A DNA stretch of 64,000 nt from Candidatus Cloacimonetes bacterium HGW-Cloacimonetes-1 (GTDB taxonomy: Bacteria > Cloacimonadota > Cloacimonadia > Cloacimonadales > Cloacimonadaceae): assembly GCA_002841975.1 (NCBI GenBank), contig PHBQ01000017.1, forward strand, positions 33,695 through 97,694. Reading direction: 5' to 3'. The first letter of the stretch is position 1; each line of letters starts with the position of its first letter. Below are positions 29,101-38,746 of this stretch, piece after piece. The notes beneath the pieces were generated by a model, which worked only from the letters and a program-made list of their open reading frames with translations, did not search any database and had not been told where the DNA came from. Made by a program: the position numbers and the translations under genes.

Positions 29101-30289
29101 TGACGGAAACAACCCACTTGGGTGTACCGGTAAGGGTATCACGGGCCAGCATGCCAAAATAGGAGATCTCCAGAGCTGTAACTGTGGTACCGGTATCGTT
29201 GTCCAGAGTCAATGTTGCCGTGAGGCTATCGTATGGTTCGGTGCTGATAAGCTGGATCCCCAGGCATCCATTGCCCAGGATTCCACCACTGGAGCCACTC
29301 CCAAAAGTTCCCAAATAGGTGTAAGTATCGCTGAGATACCATCCACTGGGGAGAGTAGCCATGCTGATAAAAGATGCAAAATTCTCGGTATATCCACTAC
29401 CCGTGAGTGGCATGCTGGGGATGCCTACGGTTCCATTTGCCGTCAATGTGACGCTGGTATTACCTCCGGTGCAGATCACGCTCTCGCCATTGTAGTCACC
29501 ACCGCTGAGACCGGCTTTGAGCCGAATATAGGCGGTGGTAGCGGGTAGCACTGCAAGGGTGTAAGGGATGATTTGAGTACTGGCAAATGTTACATTATCC
29601 CGCGATACTTCAAAGGCAGCAGAACCGGAGATTGTGATATTGCCGGCTGCAGGATTCAGGTTGATACCACTGAGATTAAACGCTTGCGACAACGAGGGGC
29701 CAGTCCCTACATTGTAGTTGAAACCGGATAGTGTAGCAGGGTTGACGCTGAGCAGAGGTTGTACATTGATAAAATCTGTGATTGTGATGTCATCTATGTT
29801 GATGCGTCTGTCATTACTGGCATTGATGGCATTACAGCGGAAACGAATGCGGATGTCACCTGCGACATTGACCTCTTCCGAAAAGGTTTGAACAACATCC
29901 GTAGCCAGAAAATTTGCACCTACTTGAGTCCAGGTAGCTCCGTTGTTGGCGGTATATTCCACAATCCATTGGGCTTGGGTGTCTATGGTATTGTATCGCT
30001 TGTATAAAAATGAGAGGGTTCCGATGCCGTTGGATTTGTTTTGTAGCATCGAAACTGATGTGGTGTTATATCCTCTGATCCGGGTAGAACGAACGCCATT
30101 CATAATATCGGAAGCTGTGCCTACGATTACGGCTTCGGTGAGGTTCCAATTTAAGCCACTTAAGTTTACGTTTCCGGAGGCATAAGCGCTTTTAACCTCT
30201 CCGACCCCTTCAAAATTCACGATATAATCTGCATAAGCCATACAGAAAGCCAAGATAATTACTGCCATTAGTACAATCTTTTTCAACAT
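26189..30289 (-). CDS. Large secreted multidomain nuclease: lamin-tail domain plus endonuclease I (EndA/NucM) domain plus FN3/Ig-like repeats
   Basis: The signal peptide [20 protein letters not shown] starts at ATG 30289, preceded by AAGGAG. LTD-like [33 protein letters not shown]. Endonuclease I blocks [10 protein letters not shown]...[18 protein letters not shown] and [12 protein letters not shown]. Confidence 0.85.
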   Translation of the reverse strand: [1366 protein letters not shown]

Positions 30290-30395
30290 TGTTCTACTCC
30301 TTGTGTATAAAATAGTGGGCTTGTTTTGGGTAGTGATGCTCAATACAAAATAGTCATTATTCATGATATCCGTCAATTGATTTTATATATCTGGT

Positions 30396-33300
30396 TTAGG
30401 AATTGCTCATGGATTTGAAAGTGGAACGAAGTTCACTGATGTGGAATGGCTTTGATACCACGGCATCGATGCCTTGCTTGCTAAAGTCCGCAGAAGAGCT
30501 TTTGGTGATCATATCACCCGCCAGGACAATCTTGACAGTGGAACTGATGGTGCGGAGCTCTGTCACGATGGTATTGATATATTCGTTGTTATGTACACTC
30601 AAGTCCATCATCAGAGCACTAAAGGAATTTCCTCCGACCTGAGATATCTTGAACCATTCCATCATATCTACCAAGCTGGCAGTAATCACCACGTCCATAT
30701 TGAGGGGAGCCAGAGCTTTTTTGATCAAGTTCTGGAGAGTTTGATCGTTTTCATAGCAGAGGATCCGGTATGAAGTATCAGCAGTTTCATCGGCTTTGAT
30801 AACTATCTCGTCATCTTGTTCGGATATGGGAAAATAGAGATTAACCATGGTCCCTTCCTGGTACTTGGAATTGATGGTGATATGACCATTGTGCTTTTTT
30901 AGGAGCGATAGTACAGAGGTCAGCCCTAAGCCGGAGCCGGTATTTTTGGTCGTGTAATAGGGGTCAAAGACCTTGCCGATCACGCTGCCCGGTATCCCTT
31001 CTCCCGTATCGGAAATAGATATCAAGGCATATTCACCACTCTCAAGTGGTAAATTGGAGTTCTGGTCGATAACGGTATTTGATGCAGTAATAGAGATCAA
31101 TCCCTCTCCGTTCATAGACTGCTTGGCATTGAGGATGACATTGCTGATAATCTCTGTAAAGACACCTTCTGCCATCTGAATCTTTTTGAGCCCGACGGCA
31201 ATATCTATCTTGTGCTTTATCTTACTACCCTGCATCAAGAAGGCTACGTCATCACGCAGAAGATTGACAATGCTGGAGCTCTTTTTTTCTACCACGCCAC
31301 CCTTGGCATAGACTAGGAGCTGGTTTGTGATATCCTTGCCTTTTTCGGCAGAGGATTCCGCAGCAGTCAAGATCTTGGCAGCTTCTGAATAGTGGGGAAC
31401 CAAGTCCTTTGCTAGGGAAATGTTTCCCATGATTGCAGTTAAAAGATTGTTAAAATCGTGTGCAATACCTGCAGCCAGGAGACTTACTGCTTCCAACCGC
31501 TGTAGTTTTGCTTTTTCTTGCTCGATCTGGATTTTATCACTGTCATCACGGAATACTAGGACCACACCAATGATCTGCCCCTTGTGATTGCGTATGGGGG
31601 AAGCACTATCCGAGATATTGTACTCCACTTCATTTTTATTGATCAGGATACATCCGGGCGCGAGATCTACAGTCTGGTTTGTTTCCAGAACGCGTTTCAA
31701 AGGGCTTTCACAGAAATCACGGGTATCTGATGAGATGATCCGGAATACTTGATCCAGGTCTTTACCATATGCAGTTTGAGCATCCCAACCGGTCAGTTTC
31801 TCGGCGACAGGATTCATCAAGGTCACCAATCCCGTGGGACCGGTAGCTATTACTGCATCGCCGATGCTATTGATCATGGTACGGAGTTTCTCGTGCTCAC
31901 GATTGAATTTGTCGCGTTCCCGCAGATTGAGCATGGCAGAAGTAACGACTCCATTGAGAGTACCCAGCATGCTCTTCTGCTCCGATACGTAGTGCCCGGC
32001 GTTAAAATCAAATCCAAAAGTGATGATGCCAAAAAATTTGTCCTGTTCCAAGAGCGGAAGGCAGAGGAAATATTTCAGATCTGAGTTCTGGATATATTTG
32101 TAAATTTTGTTGTCTTTGATGCTTTCTTTTACATGTACGGAGTTCATGTTTAGCCCGGGATATAGCTGATCCGTGGTCTTGTCTCCATCGTCGATCCCAA
32201 CGCCAAAGACGCGGTATTGTGCCAGCAAATCCATCATCAAGGGGAATCTGTCTTCCGGTATACGCAAATAGTCGTGCATGAGTCTTTTTACGGAGGAATC
32301 GCGATACCATTCGTATTTGCAGTTAAAGACACCTTCTTCTTCATTGAAGATAAAGATATGACTACGTACAGCCTTCAAAAACGTGGCGGCAATATCATGA
32401 ATTTGCTCCATGATCCGGTTTTGGGGACTCTGCTCTTCCCGAATGATCAGATTGGCTATAGATGCAATGCTCTGCTCAAAGCGCAGCCGATAATCTGTAT
32501 CGTCAAACAGGCGTCGGAGTTGGGCTGTCATCAGATTAAAAGCAATAGCCACATCCCCCAATTCGTTTTGCTGGATATTCTCTATTTTTACCCCTAAGTT
32601 TCCGGCGGCTACATCTTTTGCTGCAACGCTGAGTGAATCCAGGGATTTATTGAGCTTCAAATAGACGCTGCGGGACAGGATAAAGGCTAACATCAAAGCC
32701 ACACCAATCGTCAGAATTACCAGGATGATCGTAGTATACATATCCGACCACAGCTCGTGCAAGGGTAGCTCCACAATCAGCATCCAGTTCAGCGTGTTTA
32801 CCCGTTCATAGGTTCCCACGACTTTTTTCCCGTTTAGTCCTTTGTAGATAGTCAATTGCGGCGGGTTTCGCATCAGTTGAATGTAGTCTCTGGCAGTTCG
32901 TAAATCCCCACTCGGAAAATCAACAGGATTTACATTGCTCACCACTATTTCGTTCTGAGGGGTAATTAAATAGCTGTAACCACTGTCACCATAATTCAGT
33001 TTCGAGAGATTAAAGCGTAGATAATCCAAATTGAGTTTAGCACGCAAGACCCCGCTCACTTCGTTGTTGGGCCCCTTCAGAGGATACATGATAGCAATAT
33101 ATGTATTGTCCGGGCTTTGTGTAGTAGCGCTCAGATCTACAGATTCTATCCCGGTTTCCAGCACTTCTCTGACACTCTTTTGTTCAAAAGGAAAACTGGA
33201 GGAACCGGAGAATTTTTGATCCTGCCCTGCTACTATCTGCAGGTCTCTACCGACGATGGCGACATCTTCGATGGCAGCATTACTCTCCACCAGGGAAGTA

Positions 33301-33569
33301 AGTAAGTTCATCTGATACTGAGGTGCTGCTTCCAGTAGCCCATTCACCTGAGATATAAACAAGATTTTACGTAAATGCTCTTCGAACCAAGTGTCGATAT
33401 TGACAGTAGTGTACTGAGTGAAAAACAATTGCTTTTGCATCTGCAGATCCCACAGTTTTTGCCAATTGAAGAGCCCTACCACCAGACCGGTGAATAACAC
33501 ACAGGCCACGGCAACTCCGGAAACGCTGAGGCGTAAACTTTGTTTGAGGCTCTTCGACTTTCTCATCAT
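30396..33569 (-). CDS. Hybrid sensor histidine kinase (Cache-like periplasmic domain, HAMP, GAF, PAS, HisKA, HATPase, receiver)
   Basis: TM-flanked extracytoplasmic domain; HAMP (AAGNLGVKIENIQQNELGDVAIAFNLM); PAS (INSIGDAVIATGPTG); H-box AAGIAHDFNNLL; G-boxes DTGEGIP and GSGLGL; C-terminal receiver with MMDL and SKPF. The start ATGATG at 33569 lies 7 nt after the upstream gene's stop. Confidence 0.9.
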   Translation of the reverse strand: MMRKSKSLKQSLRLSVSGVAVACVLFTGLVVGLFNWQKLWDLQMQKQLFFTQYTTVNIDTWFEEHLRKILFISQVNGLLEAAPQYQMNLLTSLVESNAAIEDVAIVGRDLQIVAGQDQKFSGSSSFPFEQKSVREVLETGIESVDLSATTQSPDNTYIAIMYPLKGPNNEVSGVLRAKLNLDYLRFNLSKLNYGDSGYSYLITPQNEIVVSNVNPVDFPSGDLRTARDYIQLMRNPPQLTIYKGLNGKKVVGTYERVNTLNWMLIVELPLHELWSDMYTTIILVILTIGVALMLAFILSRSVYLKLNKSLDSLSVAAKDVAAGNLGVKIENIQQNELGDVAIAFNLMTAQLRRLFDDTDYRLRFEQSIASIANLIIREEQSPQNRIMEQIHDIAATFLKAVRSHIFIFNEEEGVFNCKYEWYRDSSVKRLMHDYLRIPEDRFPLMMDLLAQYRVFGVGIDDGDKTTDQLYPGLNMNSVHVKESIKDNKIYKYIQNSDLKYFLCLPLLEQDKFFGIITFGFDFNAGHYVSEQKSMLGTLNGVVTSAMLNLRERDKFNREHEKLRTMINSIGDAVIATGPTGLVTLMNPVAEKLTGWDAQTAYGKDLDQVFRIISSDTRDFCESPLKRVLETNQTVDLAPGCILINKNEVEYNISDSASPIRNHKGQIIGVVLVFRDDSDKIQIEQEKAKLQRLEAVSLLAAGIAHDFNNLLTAIMGNISLAKDLVPHYSEAAKILTAAESSAEKGKDITNQLLVYAKGGVVEKKSSSIVNLLRDDVAFLMQGSKIKHKIDIAVGLKKIQMAEGVFTEIISNVILNAKQSMNGEGLISITASNTVIDQNSNLPLESGEYALISISDTGEGIPGSVIGKVFDPYYTTKNTGSGLGLTSVLSLLKKHNGHITINSKYQEGTMVNLYFPISEQDDEIVIKADETADTSYRILCYENDQTLQNLIKKALAPLNMDVVITASLVDMMEWFKISQVGGNSFSALMMDLSVHNNEYINTIVTELRTISSTVKIVLAGDMITKSSSADFSKQGIDAVVSKPFHISELRSTFKSMSNS

Positions 33570-33576
33570 TGGCTCT

Positions 33577-34572
33577 TCAATCCACACGGGATAAATTGGT
33601 GATCCTTTTCTGGATAAGCCGTTTATATACGTCTTTATAGGTTTGGCGTTGCTGAGTATTGAGCTTGTTGATATTGATATCAAAGAACATCACACCTTCG
33701 ACCAAGCCCAAATTGTATATTTTGCCTTCCCACTTGCCCTGTAAATACAGATCTACTCCATAGCGCAGCAAATTGTAGTTATCTATCACAATCGAACCGA
33801 TTACAGTATTGGGGAATTTCTCTTTGGAATTCGTGACTACAGAGATCGTCTTGATATTCATATCAGTTGCATACTTGTGGATATCATCGTTGGCATGGTC
33901 CACATTCACCACCAGGATATCGACATTGGATCCGATCAAATCTTTGGCGACTCGCAGGGACTCCAGCTTGTTGTTCCAGCTACCTACGTATTGGTTCAGA
34001 ACCCTAATCTCCGGATTGATATCCTGGACACCTTGTTCTAAGCTAGCATTCTCGGCACGAGTATGAGTTAAATCCTCTCCGGTGATAATCCCGATGACAT
34101 TGCTTTTAGTGTTGAGAGCAGCAAAGACTCCCGCCAGATGAAAGGCACCCCTTTTGGTAGATAGACAACCGTAGTTTTTCCCATTTCCGGGATAATTTCC
34201 TACGAGGGCAAATTCCATTTGAGGATAGCGGATGGCCTCTTGCTCCAGTGCCGCAGAGTACTCCCCTCCAAAGCCTATAATAAATACAGATTTTTCTTTG
34301 GCATAAGCGGAGACTAGCGACTCTATGTCTTGCACTTGGACATTTTGATGATATTGAGTGGCAATCTTGAATTCATCTTTGATTCGTACCAATGCCTCGT
34401 AACCGGATTGGCTCCAGCTACCATCCGTGATGGGACCCGGTAATATCATGACTACCTTAAAGGGCAGTTCAGACACGACCGATTCTTGCCGATCACCTCT
34501 GGCGTTAACAATCACAAACGTTATGATTATCAACAAGATACAAATCACAAATACATAAAGATACTTCTTCAT
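33577..34572 (-). CDS. BMP-family (PnrA/Med-like) periplasmic ligand-binding protein
   Basis: 331 aa with an N-terminal signal anchor. The block FKVVMILPGPITDGSWSQSGYEAL...YPQMEFALVG matches the BMP/basic membrane lipoprotein pattern. Confidence 0.75.
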   Translation of the reverse strand: MKKYLYVFVICILLIIITFVIVNARGDRQESVVSELPFKVVMILPGPITDGSWSQSGYEALVRIKDEFKIATQYHQNVQVQDIESLVSAYAKEKSVFIIGFGGEYSAALEQEAIRYPQMEFALVGNYPGNGKNYGCLSTKRGAFHLAGVFAALNTKSNVIGIITGEDLTHTRAENASLEQGVQDINPEIRVLNQYVGSWNNKLESLRVAKDLIGSNVDILVVNVDHANDDIHKYATDMNIKTISVVTNSKEKFPNTVIGSIVIDNYNLLRYGVDLYLQGKWEGKIYNLGLVEGVMFFDININKLNTQQRQTYKDVYKRLIQKRITNLSRVD

Positions 34573-34670
34573 AGACTCCTAACTTATGGGTTCGAGCATT
34601 TAATCGTGAATCCTATTCACTGTCAACAAATAAATTACGCTCGTTGTCCGAGTATCTAACTGTAAATCAC

Positions 34671-35654
34671 TCATATCCGAAATCTCATTTTTTGCCCGAT
34701 ATCCAGTTTAAATCGGGTTTTCCTCAGGAATTGCGGGACTTTATGGGAATTCCCCTGCTCGATCACAATATGGTGATAATCCTGATATTTCACGGCTACC
34801 AGCGTATCTTTCAAACTGCCGGCAAACACCAGTAATATGATGTGGTCTCTATCAGCAGTAAGGCTATCAAACTGCTTTCCCAAAATAGGCAATACTACAG
34901 CCGGTGCCTGATAAATAGTCAAAAGTGAATCACGTAAGGCAAATGCAGCGGTGCTATCCGCCAGACTTGCCACGATCACGGGCTGAAACGGATACTCTGC
35001 CAAGTCCAGGAGATATGTGTTTTTCTCGTGTTGATGCTCTTGGTACACATGATGGAGATTGAACACTCCCTGGTAGATAAACCAGAGTGCTATCAAAATC
35101 GAAGCGATCCGAGCCAGCACTTTCACCTCTTTCAAGATGCTCAAGTAACTGCTCAGAGCCAGAGGCAACAAAAATACTGATGTCCCAAAGAAAAAGCCCA
35201 AAAAGACTTCCATACCGGACACCACTCCCCCCAGATTAACTGCCGATGATAGCGCGATCAGGAAGGAAGGACAGAAATTGATCCCCGTAAACAAACCCAA
35301 GAGAAATGCCGATTTGGAGACAGTCACCACTCCCGGAATACGGCAGGACTTGCCCTCACGGTGAGTACGAAACGCGTTGAGCACCAGAAATGCAGAGAGC
35401 AAGATATAGGAAATACCGGTGAACAACTCTCGACTGAGGGGTTCGATATTTGAACCAAAATAGCCGGCCAGTGCTCCAAATAATATATACGCCACAAAAC
35501 GTCCGGCGGAGATCTCCAGCAATCTCTGCAGAGATTTCCAAATACCCCTTTGTTCCGTCATCATCCACGGCAGATAGATCGGGGCACAGGTTACAAAGCA
35601 TACCGTGCCGGTGGATAACCCTAAGGCGAGACCTTCGATCAGCGGTTTAAACAC
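34671..35654 (-). CDS. Polytopic membrane protein (TauE/DsbD_2-like) with paired Cys in TM1 and a ~110-aa soluble C-terminal domain
   Basis: The N-terminus GLALGLSTGTVCFVTCAPIYLPW is followed by about 6 TM helices. The C-terminal part (LLDLAEYPFQPVIVASL...) is hydrophilic. The family assignment is by eye only. Confidence 0.55.
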   Translation of the reverse strand: MFKPLIEGLALGLSTGTVCFVTCAPIYLPWMMTEQRGIWKSLQRLLEISAGRFVAYILFGALAGYFGSNIEPLSRELFTGISYILLSAFLVLNAFRTHREGKSCRIPGVVTVSKSAFLLGLFTGINFCPSFLIALSSAVNLGGVVSGMEVFLGFFFGTSVFLLPLALSSYLSILKEVKVLARIASILIALWFIYQGVFNLHHVYQEHQHEKNTYLLDLAEYPFQPVIVASLADSTAAFALRDSLLTIYQAPAVVLPILGKQFDSLTADRDHIILLVFAGSLKDTLVAVKYQDYHHIVIEQGNSHKVPQFLRKTRFKLDIGQKMRFRI

Positions 35655-35668
35655 ACATATTCACTTTA

Positions 35669-36961
35669 TTAAAACCGCATTTGGGTGCCGATCGTATAGG
35701 AAGTGTGCCGATATGGATTGGCGGGATCTCCCTGATTACTATCGTATTGAGTCATTTGTACGTGCACTTCGCTGATCGGATTGAAGTGATAGGTCAGCTT
35801 GCCACTATACTCGTCCCTATACTCTTTCATAAGGTTCATATTTCCTCCCAGATAGAGGCCGCAACCCAGCTTGAAATCTGTTTCTAAAAAATAGGCTGTG
35901 TTACTTGGGTGAAAAGCATCAAGATTTTCGGGGCGCGATTTGACGCCTGCCAGGATGTAGGAACAGGCACTCAGGTCATAGGGCATGCTATACTGCAGAT
36001 GAGCCCGCAAGTAGTTTGCCAGCAAATAGATATCCTCTCCGGGATCAGCAAAACAGGAGCGATTGATATAGGACACAAATCCTGCCAGTTCTGGCACGAT
36101 GCGATGCCCCAGACGCAATTCACTCACCACTTGATTGGTCAAAATATCCCGATAATCGGGTTGATTACTGTTATAGATAGTAGTGGCAGCAAAGAGATTG
36201 AATACACTTAAAATATCCTTTTCGATACCGATGCCTACGTGCGTAGTAGTGCGGTCAAAATAGCTCCCACCAACGTGTTGCTTCAGATCCACTCCTATCT
36301 TGCAAGAGATATCTTGCGGCAATTTCATCACCACTTCTGCGCCGGCGTAGAGATCATCATTGATCTTTTCCAAGACCACGGAAGTTTCGCTATATACCAA
36401 GGTGGGGTCGCTATACATACGGCGGCCATAGGCATAGGAAGAGAGTGCCAGGAATCCCAGCTCATACTTCCCTGTCAGATTTGCCTGATGCATGAAGCGG
36501 TTGCGATATTTGATGAAATTCACTGAATTGGGATTGAGGTTGATATCGGTCATTTCTGCATTGTCAAATGCAGTTCCAAAATAGCTGCTGCGTACCGTGA
36601 AGCCATAGTTTTGCCAACGATGTAGCAAGGCAAGACGATTGTACAGCTTTTGCTTGTTGCCGGTCAAAATGTAGTCCGACCATACGAGGTCGTCCTTGAG
36701 TTCCAGACTTTGGTGAGTTGAGAGATCCACCGTCATGCCCAGCTTTTGCACCAATTGAGCTATGTCATTACTGCCATTTGTATCGTACATGCGGAAATCC
36801 TGATCGATAAAAGCCTGCGCATATACTCTCATAGTCAATAGCATAAATACCATACACGCCACTACTCGGGTGGAAACATGAGCACGGGATGCGGAATGTA
36901 CTCTTTTTAATATACTGCGTTTTGTGGACATACCGGCACACACTCCCCGCATTGTCTGCAT
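35669..36961 (-). CDS. Putative outer-membrane beta-barrel protein
   Basis: Signal-like MVFMLLTMRVYAQA, alternating beta-strand-like sequence rich in Y/G/N, and a C-terminal ...GTQMRF ending in Phe as in OMPs. The start is uncertain: ATG 36961, 36931 or 36853. The longest version overlaps the upstream ferredoxin gene. Confidence 0.5.
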   Translation of the reverse strand: MQTMRGVCAGMSTKRSILKRVHSASRAHVSTRVVACMVFMLLTMRVYAQAFIDQDFRMYDTNGSNDIAQLVQKLGMTVDLSTHQSLELKDDLVWSDYILTGNKQKLYNRLALLHRWQNYGFTVRSSYFGTAFDNAEMTDINLNPNSVNFIKYRNRFMHQANLTGKYELGFLALSSYAYGRRMYSDPTLVYSETSVVLEKINDDLYAGAEVVMKLPQDISCKIGVDLKQHVGGSYFDRTTTHVGIGIEKDILSVFNLFAATTIYNSNQPDYRDILTNQVVSELRLGHRIVPELAGFVSYINRSCFADPGEDIYLLANYLRAHLQYSMPYDLSACSYILAGVKSRPENLDAFHPSNTAYFLETDFKLGCGLYLGGNMNLMKEYRDEYSGKLTYHFNPISEVHVQMTQYDSNQGDPANPYRHTSYTIGTQMRF

Positions 36962-37173
36962 TTACTTTGGTCTATTACTGCCTTTTGATCGGAGTCATAA
37001 ATTATGGCATCATAGGGACAGGCTTGAATGCAATTACCACAGCCGTTACATGATGCCCGGTCGATATGATATTCAGTGACTGTCGCTTTTTTGCATGCTG
37101 AAAAGCCAAAGACCATGCCTAGCACCAGCAACGTAACAGTTACGTATAACAATAGACTTCTATACTTGTGCAT
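36907..37173 (-). CDS. Small 2x[4Fe-4S] ferredoxin-domain protein with a lipoprotein-like signal
   Basis: 88 aa. LLVLGMVFGFSAC is followed by CNGCGNCIQACP and CRQCGECVPVCP. Confidence 0.75.
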   Translation of the reverse strand: MHKYRSLLLYVTVTLLVLGMVFGFSACKKATVTEYHIDRASCNGCGNCIQACPYDAIIYDSDQKAVIDQSKCRQCGECVPVCPQNAVY

Positions 37174-37180
37174 AAATCAC

Positions 37181-37435
37181 CTATTTTGGTACGCGAATCG
37201 CCTGATAGGTGCAGGTCTTCACGCATAATTTACAATTGATGCAGAGCGAATCTGTGATGACAGCCCGGCCATCTGTGATACTGATCGCACCGGTGGGACA
37301 GCTTTTGGTGCAATCCCCACAGCCTACGCAGCTATATTTGTCCACAAAGGGTAGAGTCCTGATGGCGGAAAACAACGATCCTATCAAGATTATCACCGCC
37401 ATTACAATCACGATACGTTTCTTCTGAGTACTCAT
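37181..37435 (-). CDS. Small 2x[4Fe-4S] ferredoxin-domain protein with an N-terminal membrane anchor
   Basis: 84 aa. [21 protein letters not shown] is followed by [12 protein letters not shown] and [11 protein letters not shown]. Its start overlaps the pyrF stop (ATGA). Confidence 0.75.
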   Translation of the reverse strand: MSTQKKRIVIVMAVIILIGSLFSAIRTLPFVDKYSCVGCGDCTKSCPTGAISITDGRAVITDSLCINCKLCVKTCTYQAIRVPK

Positions 37436-38256
37436 AACAATTCCTCAATACTCTCTTTGAGCTTTCTGGTTTCTTCACCCGCGATATAATCAAATCTGGT
37501 GCTATGATCGCGAAAAATGATTCCCCGTGAGGAATTGATCAGGATATCCGGCTTTTCTTTGCTATCGACCGCATACTTCATCACAGCTTCCAGGGATCCG
37601 CCCTGAGCACCAATTCCGGGAATCAAGAAGATCCGCTGGGGCAGCAATTTTCTCATACGTGCCAAATCCGGAGTTTGAGTGGCACCCACCACACATCCCA
37701 TTTGTGCTTTGGGATACGTTGTGACTAGTTCCGCAATGTGTTCACACAGGTTTTGCTGTTGCAAAAAATCTGCGGCAGACGGGTTTGATGTGAGGGTGAG
37801 CACAAAGCCAAAGCCATTATCACGCTTCGCCAGACTATCGAGTACATCTCGTCCCATCAGGGGATTGACCGTAATCGAATCTGCTCCGATAGTTTCCAGA
37901 AACGCCCAGACATAGCTGTCCATCGTATTTCCGATATCTCCTACCTTGCAATCCAGGATCGTAGGTATTTCGGGCGGAATATATTCCATTGTTTTGATCA
38001 AAGCATCCAGCCCCCGGAGTCCGTCCGAGAGATAGAAAGCCAGGTTGGGCTTGTAACACGCGGTATATTCCTGAGTGCTGTCGATAATGCGGCGATTAAA
38101 TTCCCAGATTGGATTTTCACTGTACTTCAGGCAATCCGGTAGCAGCTTGATATCCGAATCCAGACCGACGCAGACCAGTGACCCGGTCTGCATCCATCTT
38201 TCTTGATATTTATACCAGAACGATTTTAACGGAGTCTTCACCGTCGGTTTCCTCAA
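37432..38256 (-). CDS. pyrF: Orotidine 5'-phosphate decarboxylase (type 2)
   Basis: LVCVGLDSD and [12 protein letters not shown] signatures; 274 aa. It overlaps the pyrR 3' end by 47 nt if the longest start is used. Confidence 0.85.
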   Translation of the reverse strand: MRKPTVKTPLKSFWYKYQERWMQTGSLVCVGLDSDIKLLPDCLKYSENPIWEFNRRIIDSTQEYTACYKPNLAFYLSDGLRGLDALIKTMEYIPPEIPTILDCKVGDIGNTMDSYVWAFLETIGADSITVNPLMGRDVLDSLAKRDNGFGFVLTLTSNPSAADFLQQQNLCEHIAELVTTYPKAQMGCVVGATQTPDLARMRKLLPQRIFLIPGIGAQGGSLEAVMKYAVDSKEKPDILINSSRGIIFRDHSTRFDYIAGEETRKLKESIEELL

Positions 38257-38746
38257 ATGCTACTTTAATGATTTCTTCTTTGGAGGTCGGTACGTTTTTG
38301 CCCACGTAATCCGCTTTGACAGGTAGCTCACGATGACCACGATCAATCAAAACAGCCAGTTGTATCTGCTTGGGACGTCCAAAATCCAGAAGTGCATCGA
38401 TGGCGGCGCGTACGGTTCTGCCTGTGTACAGCACGTCATCCACCAGGATAATGATGGCATCTTCGATGTCAAAATCCAATTGACTGCCCTTGATCACCGG
38501 CTGATGCGAGATCGTGGAAAGATCATCACGATAGAGCGTAATATCCAGGATTCCCACAGGGATCTCCTGATTTTCTATTACTTTGAGATAGTTCGATAAT
38601 CTATCGGAAAGTGGTACTCCACGGCTGCGTATTCCTACCAAACGGATCTTTTCCAGGCCGCGATTTTGCTCGATGATCTCGTGCGCCATGCGGTGGATGG
38701 AGCGTTCCATCTGGGCTTTGTCCATGATCTGACTTTTGGTCTGCAT
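38210..38746 (-). CDS. pyrR: PyrR bifunctional pyrimidine regulatory protein / uracil phosphoribosyltransferase
   Basis: 178 aa with PRPP-binding loop [16 protein letters not shown]. The AAGGAG Shine-Dalgarno overlaps the stop codon of the upstream 5S gene. Confidence 0.9.
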   Translation of the reverse strand: MQTKSQIMDKAQMERSIHRMAHEIIEQNRGLEKIRLVGIRSRGVPLSDRLSNYLKVIENQEIPVGILDITLYRDDLSTISHQPVIKGSQLDFDIEDAIIILVDDVLYTGRTVRAAIDALLDFGRPKQIQLAVLIDRGHRELPVKADYVGKNVPTSKEEIIKVAFEETDGEDSVKIVLV

